From NCBI GenBank assembly GCA_964016885.1, contig OZ024742.1, forward strand, positions 223,076,001 to 223,140,000: a DNA stretch of 64,000 nt, in the 5' to 3' direction. Origin of the DNA: Eledone cirrhosa. Its lineage: Eukaryota. The notes under the pieces are model-generated. The model made no database searches. It saw only the letters and a program-made list of their open reading frames with translations, and was not told the origin of the DNA. Positions 53,645-64,000 of the stretch are shown piece after piece (positions within the stretch are counted from its first letter, which is position 1; every line of letters starts with the position of its first letter). The translations under genes were made by a program, and so were the position numbers.

Positions 53645-54899
53645 ACATGTATACATCAGTTGATTAGCCTCATTTGCATACCATGTGATTTTATGGCTGG
53701 CTTTGCCAAATATTAAAGAAACAAAATTTGTTTTCACTCTTAACATGGTGGATACATAAATGTCTTCATGAATGATTAATAATTGTTTCTACTTTAGGCA
53801 CAAGGCCAGCAATTACCCAGTGCATTCACTCACGAATACATTTAGGTACCCCCCACATTAAGAGCGAAAACAAATTTTGTTTTTTTTTAATAGTTTTTTT
53901 TTCTAATCTAGTTCTAATTTGAATATGAAAATGTTTCTAAGTTTCTATGTATGAATGTAGTATGGCTGAATGGCTAAGAAGTTTGCTCTGCAGTAATAAG
54001 GTGCTAGGTTGGATCCTTTTGAACCTGTGTAATATCAGGGATTTAGAGGAGATAGCCCAAGAAATGACATTAAAGTGTTTTACATTTTTTTTTTTTTTAC
54101 TGAATTTAATAAAATCATTTTCTGACTGTATGTTCAAAACAGCACTCTTTAAAATTGCATGAGATTCCATGTAGTGGAACTGAACCTGAAATCACACAGC
54201 CATGCTTGCATTGTGCAACAACATTTTAGTGAAAAAAATATTTAGAATTCCTTCACTGTAGTGTCTTCTGTTATTTTATTTTAGCGTGTATCTTGTAAAA
54301 CCAACTTGGACTTTCACTATATAAGTTCTTGGGCAAGTGCCTTGTACTATAGCCTATGTGTTTCAAATAATTTTGATAAATATATACACTTTTACTTCTT
54401 TTGTTACCCTATTTCTAATGAAAGACACTGGCAATTATTTTGAAATCATTTTGAAAATAAACATTTCAAATCATTTTGAAATCATTCAAATAATTTTGAG
54501 GGATTTATTAATATATATAATTTCTAATTATTAAGCTTGTATTTGAGATCCATGAGTTAGTTTAATTAGAAATTATCTTAATTATCACAATTATCATATT
54601 ATATTTGTAGTTAGTGTAAAGATACTAGACTAGCTAACCTAGTTCACTTACCGCAGTCAACTATATATAATCAATTGATTAGTTAGGTGAGTAAACTATC
54701 TCACTTTGTCATTTTATGTCAAGCTGTTACACCCAACTGCTAATGCTCATGGTATTGGGCTCACAATCCTAATGTTGTAGATTTGATTCCTCAACTGGAA
54801 TTTGGAGTGATTTAGTAATATAATTTTCTTATTAAGTTGGTGTTTGGAGCATAACCCTTTCATTGCAATATTTCAAAGGAAATACACTGGCTTGGAAAT

Positions 54900-55695
54900 A
54901 AGTCCTCCTCCTTGCACTTGGGGACAAGCCGGCACAAAGAAGTGTTCTGGCAAACCATCTGCCGACTTCATAATAAGAAGCCCTCCTACCCTCCATACCT
55001 GCTATCTAGAACACATCTGGGGTGCATCCTCACGAGGTGGAGAGAATGCTTTGCTAATATAAACCCGATCACAACACCACCCTCAGATGTACATGAGGTG
55101 CATCTGGGAGCAGTGACTAATCTCTCAGAAGCTGATGTCTCAAGAACAGTTAAAGAGCTCAAATGGGGCAAGGCTGCTGGAGAAGATGAAATTTGGCCTG
55201 AGATTAAAAGCCTTAAATAGAGAAGGTATTCTCTGGCTGACTCGTGTGCCGAGTGGCCTGGATATCTGGAAAGGCACCTAAGCAATGGCAATTAGGAGTG
55301 ATAATCCCAATTTTCAAAAAGGGAGACAAGAGAGATTGTTCCAATTACAGAGGGATCTCCTTGTTAAGTCTCCTCAGTAAAGTTTATGTAAGTGCCTGGC
55401 AAAGAGATGCAGGAAGATTGTCGAGTCCAAGCTAGCTAATAAACAGTGTGGTTTTCACCCCGGATGCAGCACAGCCAACTAAATATTCACACTGAGGCAG
55501 GTATTTGAGAAATCGTGGGAGTATTGCCAAGAGGTGTATTCTTGTTTTGTCGATCTTGAAAAGGCATATGACCATGTTCCTTGGGACCCACTGTGGAAGG
55601 TTCTGCAAGAGTATGGGATCGATGGTCAGCTTCTTGCTGCCCTGATGTCTCTATATGAATGCCCGAGTATTTGTGTTGGGATAAATGGTGCTAAT
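54900..55695 (+). mobile_element. RTE-clade LINE RT fragment
   Basis: GKAAGEDEI, PKQWQLGVIIPIFKKGDKRDCSNYRGISLLS, QCGF, CFVDLEKAYDHVP; frameshifted. Confidence 0.92.
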
Positions 55696-57902
55696 GTCTA
55701 TTTCAGTATGAATAGTGGTGGTAGTTCATTTGGTGGGGGTTGTGGTGGTGCTGGTGGCTGTAGTAGTAATAGTGGTAGTTGTGGTGGTAATGGGTGTAGC
55801 AGTTGTAGAAAGAAGTTTATGGTAGCAATTACAATGAAGTAACTAATATTGGTGGTGGTAGTAGTAAACTGACCAAATGTTGGGTGGAGTGGAGTGGGGT
55901 TGATTGTCTGTAATATTTTATTTAGAGATGCCAGTGTCATCTGTTGACAGATTGTTGAAGAATCTTTCTTTAGTTTGTTTTCATTCTCAGAACATTTTAA
56001 AGCTGATGTTTGGAATATAACTTAACAAAGGATTTTGCATAAAATTATGATAAATATAAACATTTAAAAATGTACATCTTTGTATTGTAGAACATAAACA
56101 CTTTAAAACAAACAGTTTTGTATTACAGAAGTAGGGGGTAGTTTCAGGAGGTTTAGTGTCAAAAGGATTATAATTCCCTGCTGTACTGGAGGAGAGAGTG
56201 CCTTATAAGCCATTAAATATGGTTAAGAAGTTTTATTTCACTAGAAGTGAACCTGAAAGTGTTAACTCACAAAGAAGAACGATATTGATAAAATCGAAAT
56301 AAACTCACTCAACACCAATATATTTGTACAGTTTATGATCAGCAACCAATGAAAGGCATCAATAAGGCCAGGTAAAAACATTCAATAGTTCCCAATATCT
56401 CCAGAAAAAAACAGCAACAAAAACAACAAAACTTCAAACCAACAGAGTTTCTATCAAATCAAAGCTACTGAAGTTGAAATGGAGAGCAAGAAATAGCTAA
56501 ATGGTGCCACACATAAAGCAACCGACTTTGTCATTTCTTTCTTAATCATAAAGATTATGTACAATCAATAATCTATCGTCTTATAATATATAAGTTCTTA
56601 TTGTAGAGGCCAGTCATTTCATCGTTAGTTTTGATATTAAACCTTTCCTTATCACATTTCTAATGAAAGAAACAGCCAGCAATTTTCAAATAATTTTGAA
56701 AATAATAATTTGGAGAGATTTAATATAACTTTCCCAAAAGTTATACATTAAACCCTTTTGTTACTATATTTGGAATGAAAGACACTGCTTGTGATTTTCT
56801 AATTATTTTAAAAGTAATCAAGAATTTTGACTAAAACCAAACCATTTCAACTCACTCTTGATTCTATCTACGATATAAGTCTGTTTATTTTAAGAAGTTT
56901 GTATTTATCTAAAACTTTCCCATCATAGTTTCATCTAAGGACCTTTATTATGTTCCAAACACAAGCTTAATAATGAGAAAGTCAGTTATATTACTAAATC
57001 CCTCCAAATTCTTGATTATTTTCAAAATCATTTGAAAATTATAGGGACTGCCTTTTATTAGAAATATGGTAACAATTCTACATAGGTAGTGAGAAAACAA
57101 AATAAAAAGTATGTATCGTCTAGAGTAAATTTAATTAATTTCAATATCAGCCTATCAGATCAAACCAACAAAACAGTACATTTATTAGTTTTTCCATTGC
57201 TGGTACTATCTACTGGATGCAACTCTTAATAGAAGAATGGATCTGGTGGTTAGATCAGATCAAGGAAATATTTCCATTGGTCATTCCATACTGTCTACCA
57301 GTTGCAACTTCTGGCAACATCAGATCAGATCAAAGAAGATCCCAATGGTCATTCCATTGCTGATACTGTCTGTCAGTTACAACTTCAGGTAGAAAGTAGT
57401 GGAATTTGAACTTAAACTGCACAGAGCTGGATCAGGTATTGCAAAGTCCAGCAAAGTCCAGCACTTTAACAATTCTGCTAATCCACCACCCCTCCACTGG
57501 TATTTTATTTATCAACCCTGATAGGATGAATAGCAAATTTAACCTCGGTGGGATTTGAACTTAGAGCAGAGAGCCAGAACAACTACCAAAGCATTAGGAA
57601 TATTCTAACAATCCTGTCAATTAGCCACTTAATAAATTAAACACTTTTTATTTTTATGTTGAACTACTTATGGGTTATAAACAGATTGACTCTCTCTCCC
57701 TCTCCCTCTCTTATCATCGCTTAACGTCTATCTTCCACGCTAGCATGGGAGCTTTGGCATAGCTATATACATGTATGTGAATTTCATATATTTAAAGATA
57801 TGCAGTATGCTTAATAAACAAACATTTTGAAAGCCCAGCTGTGAATAGAAAGGCTGACGGCCAGTGTTGTCTAGTAGATTCCAGCAGAAGCAATGGAGGA
57901 TA

Positions 57903-57943
57903 ACTGTCTATGCATTTCGAGCTCTGGCTCTCATCAAGACAAT
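57903..57943 (-). ncRNA. Minimal type I hammerhead motif (C3U core variant)
   Basis: AUUGUC-UUGAUGA-GAGC-caga-GCUC-GAA-AUGCAU-A-GACAGU. Stem I is 6 bp, stem II 4 bp, stem III palindromic, site AUA. Confidence 0.7.
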
Positions 57944-58814
57944 GCTTCCCCTTGAAATAGGGCTATCAAAATGTTTATTTATTAAACACACCGTATATAA
58001 GAAGTTTGCACGCACGCACGCGTAAAATCCCAACCACGACACCAAGCTGTTTTGGCTTCTGTGTTCAGCAAACCTTTTCAAGAGTGTAGTAATATTTGTA
58101 GGGTGTGTAAAAATAGGTCACTAGTCTTGGTTGTGTTTTGGTCAAATTTACCATTGTAGTAAATTGGGAGAAAGTGGGGGGGGGGGGAGCAGAGAATTGT
58201 AAATATTTGGACAAGCAAGGGGTCAGGTGAAGTAGTTTGGGTGGGGGTAAGAGTGGAGTAGGAGAAAGTGTATAATGGTCATAGAGATAGGGTGTGAAGG
58301 GGCTGTAGGGAAAGACTATGTATAGACAGGGCTTAGAGGTTGAAGGAGTATTTTTAAGAAGAGAATCAAATTAAAAATAAAATGTGGGTTATATAGAAGT
58401 AAAAGAACAAATGGTTAAGTAAATTAGTAAATAGGATAAAATAAGATAGAATAAGATCAAGTAAAATATAAGGGTTTAAAAATAGGTAAAGTGGATAATA
58501 TAGGTTGGTAAACCAGTGGTAAGGTGTATATGTATTATACAGCACGCACATGCACACACACACAAACAAGTATACGGGAGTTTAGAAGTACATAAAAATG
58601 CATGAATAAATTAAATAACTATTATTTTAATGAAACGAATGGGTTGAGGTAAAATTTAGAGAGTAGATAAATGAGTAGGTTGGTAGATGAGTGAGTAAAG
58701 TATGCAAATTCATACATTCACACATACATACCTCTGTGCACATATGCACCCCTTCCCCCCCCCCCCCCCCCCACATATATGCACATTCACATGCCTGTGT
58801 GTACACATATATAC

Positions 58815-59157
58815 ATCATCATCATCATCATCATCATTTTACGTCCACTTTTCCCTGCTTGCAAGGGAGGGACGGGAACTGATTCTGGCTTGATTTCTAC
58901 AGCTGGATGCCCTTCCTAACACCAACCTCATTTACAGTCAGTGCTGGGTGCTTTTTTGCCGTGGCGCCTCCATGACCACTTTGCAGTGGAATGATAGGGA
59001 CCCCAGTCCTATCATCTCATTTCTACAGCTGAGTAAACTGGAGCAATGTGAAATAAAGTGTCTTGCTCAAGGAAACAACACATCACCCGGTCTGAGAATT
59101 GAACTCACAACCTTTCGATTGCAAGGCCAATGCTCTAACCACTAAGCCATGTGCCTC
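58815..59157 (-). mobile_element. Full-length tRNA-head/RTE-tail SINE (inverted twin of 15356-15685)
   Basis: Reverse complement aligns end to end with 15356-15685. Confidence 0.92.
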
Positions 59158-59178
59158 TCTCTCTCTCTCACTCTCTCA

Positions 59179-59210
<32 letters not shown>

Positions 59211-59289
59211 CTGATAGGGTGTGGTAAAATACCAGGTGGACCATAACCCACCAGAGTACTCGATACTTGGATTAGTAGAGTGGGTTATA

Positions 59290-59410
59290 TGAAAAGATTC
59301 AGGACCCCGATGGCTGAGCTCCAGTCGTTTCGACAGCTAGATCCGAATTCAGTTCGGATCTAGCTGTCGAAACGACTGGAGTTTAGCTGTCGGGGTTCTG
59401 ACTCTTTTCA
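59290..59410. repeat. About 58-bp-arm fold-back with hammerhead 3' half (family of 18691-18755)
   Basis: CTCCAGTCGTTTCGACAGCTAGATCCGAA-ttcag-TTCGGATCTAGCTGTCGAAACGACTGGAG perfect core. Confidence 0.9.
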
Positions 59411-59623
59411 CACACACACACATGCATATCTATACAGTCTCACATGCATACACACAGGCCCATGCATGTCTATATGGGAGGAGGAGGTGGTAAAATTGTC
59501 TACACGCACATGCTTACATGTATCATACACATGCACACACATATATGTGCTACATTCACACACCCATACAAGAATCAAGGAAGGGAAGGTAGTAAAGCTA
59601 TCTGCACATATACACGCATGGGA

Positions 59624-59680
<57 letters not shown>

Positions 59681-60904
59681 ACACATTAATATTCTACCTA
59701 ATTAAGGTTGGACTTATACATGCTATTAGAATTAAATCTAGTGTGGATATGAATATCTTATTGAAGTGAAGTGAAATTTGTTTTTGTAGAAAAGTGGTAT
59801 CTTATTACATGTTGAGTATTCAAAAAAAAACTACAGAGTTAAATAAATCAGTTGAACAATGGAAACAAAAAAATCAAGGTTTAGTGCTGAATTAATCCAT
59901 TGTTTTACAATCATTTTAAAGGGTGAAATGAACCATGATGTTATCGATATATTGACTAATCGATGGTAGTTATGTAGCTCTATTGTATTAGCCTCAATAA
60001 TATGCATCCATTCTGCTGTTCATTTTCAGAAATTAGGCTAATACTATGGTATTACATAACTGGTACCAATTAATCAATATATCAATAATATCCTGGTTCA
60101 TTTTACTCTTTGACAGGCTTCTCCACAGTTTCCCTCTACCGTTAACTCAAGTTTATAGTAGAAGACACTTGCTCATGGTTCTACCACACAGTGGGACTGA
60201 ACCTGAAACCATGTCATTGAAGCAAACATTTTAACCAGAGCAATGTCTATGCCTGTGTTTCTTTTTCTCTTTTTTGTAAAGTAGTAGTGCTGGTGACATG
60301 ATAAAACATACCTAGTTCATGCTATAAGGTGGTATTGCTGGTGACAGGACATCAAGCTGTAGAAACTAGGACAAATATGAAACGTATGAACAAGATGAGA
60401 TCTTTCCAACCTGTCTAGACTCAGTGTCAATCCATCTAACCCATGCCAGCATGGATAACGGACATATGATGATAATAATGGGGATGATGGGTGAAACTTA
60501 GAATTCTGACATTAATCCTTTTTATACTATTAATACTTTTTATACACAGTGTCTTTCATTAGAAATATGGTGATGAAAGGGTTATTAAAAAAGGCTTTTG
60601 TTTAATAATAGATAGGCATCTAATAATATTAAAACATATAGCTCAACTTAGCTTATGGATGACATTTTTAAAAACCTTTTTTGATTAAAAAATGTGGGTC
60701 ACACCATCTACCAAAATTCCACTCACAAAGCGTTGGTTGGCCTGAGGCTGTAGGTGCCACAAATTTCCCAAATTGTTTCAGCATTACATAATTCCCTTTT
60801 GACTGCTTACATGGGGGAAACTACAGAACACAAATATGTTTCATTTTAAAAGATGAATAATTGAACATATGTTTATTTTTCATCATCATTTTAATTTTAG
60901 TTAA

Positions 60905-61625
60905 GGCTGGCGTATTGGAAAAATTGTTAGTGTTAGACAAAATCATAAGAGTGTTAGACAAAATGCTGTACTCTATTTCTTTTGGATCTTAACATTCTGG
61001 TTTCAAATCCTACTGAGATCAACTTTGCGTTTCACTTTTCTGAGGTTGGTGAAATAAAGAACTAGTCAAGTACTAGGGTTGATTTAATTGACTTTTCCAT
61101 CTACAAAATTATTGACCTTGTTTCTAAAGTAGAAATCATCATCATCAAAAGTCATCTTTGGAGATCAATAAAATAAAATACCAGTCAAGTACTGGGGTGA
61201 TATAATTGACTTTCCATTGCTCCAAATTACTGGCCTTGTGTCTACAATAGAGACCATTTATTTGTTAGTATTACTATTAGTTGAGATCAACATTGCCTTG
61301 CAGCATTTCGAGGTTCATAAAGTAAGAACTGGGGTTGATATAATGATATAATTGACTTTCTCCTTACCCCCTTAATTCCTGGCCTTGTGCCTAAATTAGA
61401 AATTATTATTATGGATTGGCAGAATCGGTGAGCGTCGGCCCCTTCGCTTCGAGGCATAGAGTTACAGCCCTTTACGTTCTAATTTCAAATCCCACCAAGG
61501 TTAGCTTTGCCTTTCATCCTTACGGAGTTGATAAAATAAAGCACCAGTAATGCACTGGGGTCGATTTAATCGACTTTCTCCTCCCCCAAATTTGCTGGCC
61601 TTGTGCCTAAAGTAGAAACAATTAT
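60905..61625 (+). mobile_element. Cluster of about 4 head-to-tail SINE copies
   Basis: GGCCTTGTGCCTAAA.TAGAAA tail recurs near 61130, 61250, 61400 and 61618. Confidence 0.85.
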
Positions 61626-64000
61626 CTCTTCTCTATATATATAAAACGGTAGATGTCTGTCTGTGTGTGTGTATGATTTTTATGCATTTCCACATTTCTC
61701 TACCAATTTTGATGATTTTTTTTCCAATGTGCTCCAAATTTTCCAGGGCAGGTCAACGCGTAATTATTTTTGCCAAAAATTTCCTGCTTCTATGAAAAAA
61801 ATCGATAAAACTAAATACATGCTGTAACCCTCTCTCTTACACGCTTCATTCCTCTCACTACTACCATCAAAAATATATGAAACTACATACATGTTGCAAC
61901 TCTTTAAAAGGTTCATCCTTTCTTCTACTCCACTCTCAATCTCCTCTGCAACTCTCTTTAAAAGGTTCATCACTCTCTTTACTCCCCCCCTCAATCTCAT
62001 CTGCAACTCTCTTTAAAAGGTTACTGCCTCCGTCTACTACTCTATCACCATTACAGTTTAGAACGACAAAACTTCTTTTGAAGGAACGCGACACAAACTT
62101 TGAAACCTAAGCAACACAACAACCATAGCTTTACTCTCTCCATCGCTCTTCCCTCTCTCTACAATAGATTATTCCCCCTCTCTATAATTTAACTGCTTTA
62201 CTCTCTTCATGCTTCGAGGTTTAACACTAGCTTCACTCTATCCATCGCTCTTCTCTCTATATATATAATAGATCATTCCCCTTATTCGTTCGGGAACGCG
62301 AAAAAAACTTTGATAACTAAGCAACACATCATTTTATACAACAAACAGTCATAACGACACTCATACATCAAATATCAAAATTTAAAAAGCCGATAACACT
62401 AAATACATACTGCTCTCTCAATGTTACATTTTACACATTTACATTTTACATCAAATAACAATTTAACTGCTTTACTCTCTCTGTCGCTCTTCACTCCCTA
62501 TATGACAACACTGCAGAGAGAGAAACAATGTATATGATCAAATGGAGCCTTCTGTATATTCCACTTCTCTATAATTTAACTGCTTTACTCTCTCTGTCGC
62601 TCTTCACTCCCTATATGACAACACTGCAGTGGAGCATTCTGTATTGACATACGGATTATCTGGGGCATTTTCAATCGGCTTATTGCAAATAACAACCCGC
62701 AAAATAACACTTCATATAACAGATTAATGCTATAGACATATGAATTGGAATGCAACCTGTGAACTTTTTCCTGGGCAAAATTATTCAAACAGACATGACC
62801 TCATTGCCAGAGTGTTCAGACTGAAACTGGCTAAACTCATGGCTTTAATCAAAAAGGTCAGGTATTTGGAGCAGTAAAATGTGACATGTTCACCGTCGAA
62901 TGGCAAAAACAAGGGCTGCCACATGCTCACATTTTGATTTGGTTAGCTGATAAAATCAATTCAAATGCCATAGACAGCTTCATTTCGGCTGAAATCCCTA
63001 ACCCAGCAACTGACAAGGAATTACATGACATCGTCAAAGGTAACATGATTCATGGTCTGTGTGCATTGAGTCTTAATGAGCATCACACGTGTCCGAAAGA
63101 GGGGGGGGGGGTAGTGCAGTAAGGGATACCCCCCAAAATTTGTTGACCAGACTCAGACTGGTGGCGACGGGTACCCCCTGTACAGGCGGAGATGGCCCGA
63201 GAACGGTGGCTTCACCACAACAGTAAGGGGAGGTCAAGTCGACAATAGATGGGTGGTCCCTTACTGCCCGCTTCTCTTGAAGATGTTCAACGCCCACATC
63301 AACGTTGAGTTTTGCAACTCCATCAAGTCGATAAAATACATATGCAAATAAGGGCTCTGATGCCGCAATGTTCGCATTTCAAGCTGAAAATAGCAGGGAC
63401 GAGGTCACAGAATACCTGGCGGGGCGGTACATCAGTAGCAATCAAGCTTTTTGGCGCCTATTTGGTTTACTCCTACACCAACGTCACCCCGCCATCGTAC
63501 AGCTTGCGGTACATTTGGAAAATGGGCAAAGGGTTTACTTTACGGACCAAACCGCCACCAAGTTGGCCGCTGATCCGAAAGAGACCACTCTGACGGGTTT
63601 CTTCAAACTTTGCCAGTTTGATACATTTGCGCAAACAATTGTGTACCCCCAGGTTCCATCCTACTTTATATGGCCGAAATCCACTTGGGTGCGAAAAAAG
63701 TCAGGTCAAGCTGCTGAAAGACATCCTGGTGTAAAATTTGACAGCTGTCTTGGAAGGGTTTACACTGTGCCCCCAAGTCAGCATGAGTGCTTTCATCTCC
63801 GCCTTCTTCTGCATGAAGTTGTAGGCCCACAAAGTTTTCAGGACCTCAAAACTGTTGATGGAGAAATAAGTGATACGTACCGGGAAGCCTGCTTTAAGCG
63901 TGGTTTTTTGGAAGATGATTCGCAATGGGATTCCACTTTAGCAGAGGGTGCTTTGTTGAAATCACCTAAAGGTCTACGGGAACTCTTTGCTATTTTGCTT
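61626..64000 (+). mobile_element. Helitron (5' end, internal repeats, Rep/HUH domain), frameshifted, continues past the window
   Basis: 5' TCTATATATATAAAA. RHDLIARVF, VEWQKQGLPHAHILIW, ISAEIP, MIHG, GYPLYRRR, VDNRWVVPY..L...FNAHINVEFC...IKYICK, RYISS..A.WR, LAVHL, LGRVY, YREAC..G.LEDD. Confidence 0.95.

Overview
AT-rich eukaryotic DNA that is almost entirely repeat-derived. The repeat set (tRNA-head SINEs, RTE LINEs with (GAT)n tails, TTAA-flanked MITEs, long TA/CA microsatellites) resembles what I recognise from octopod cephalopod genomes; this is inference, not a database match. I cannot support any intact host protein-coding exon. A strong + strand splice donor at 987/988, after a relatively CpG-rich start, suggests the window may be a 5' exon followed by a very long intron. 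Recognisable coding remnants: four RTE RT fragments (the two youngest carry a PHD-type C4HC3 finger inside the RT), two Penelope-like GIY-YIG fragments, a CR1/Rex1-like RT fragment, an R4/Dong-like 3' end, a zinc-knuckle ORF1 remnant, a decayed mariner transposase, a Helitron running off the right edge, and an intronless caspase-3/7-like pseudogene. The most striking unannotated signal is a dispersed set of short non-coding modules, mostly beside (TA)n tracts. They carry type I hammerhead ribozyme cores (complete, degenerate or cut through), are often folded back as long inverted repeats, and share a small YACTC...GAGTR hairpin 3' of the ribozyme although I could not otherwise align them by eye. 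Coordinates were read by eye and may be off by a few bases.
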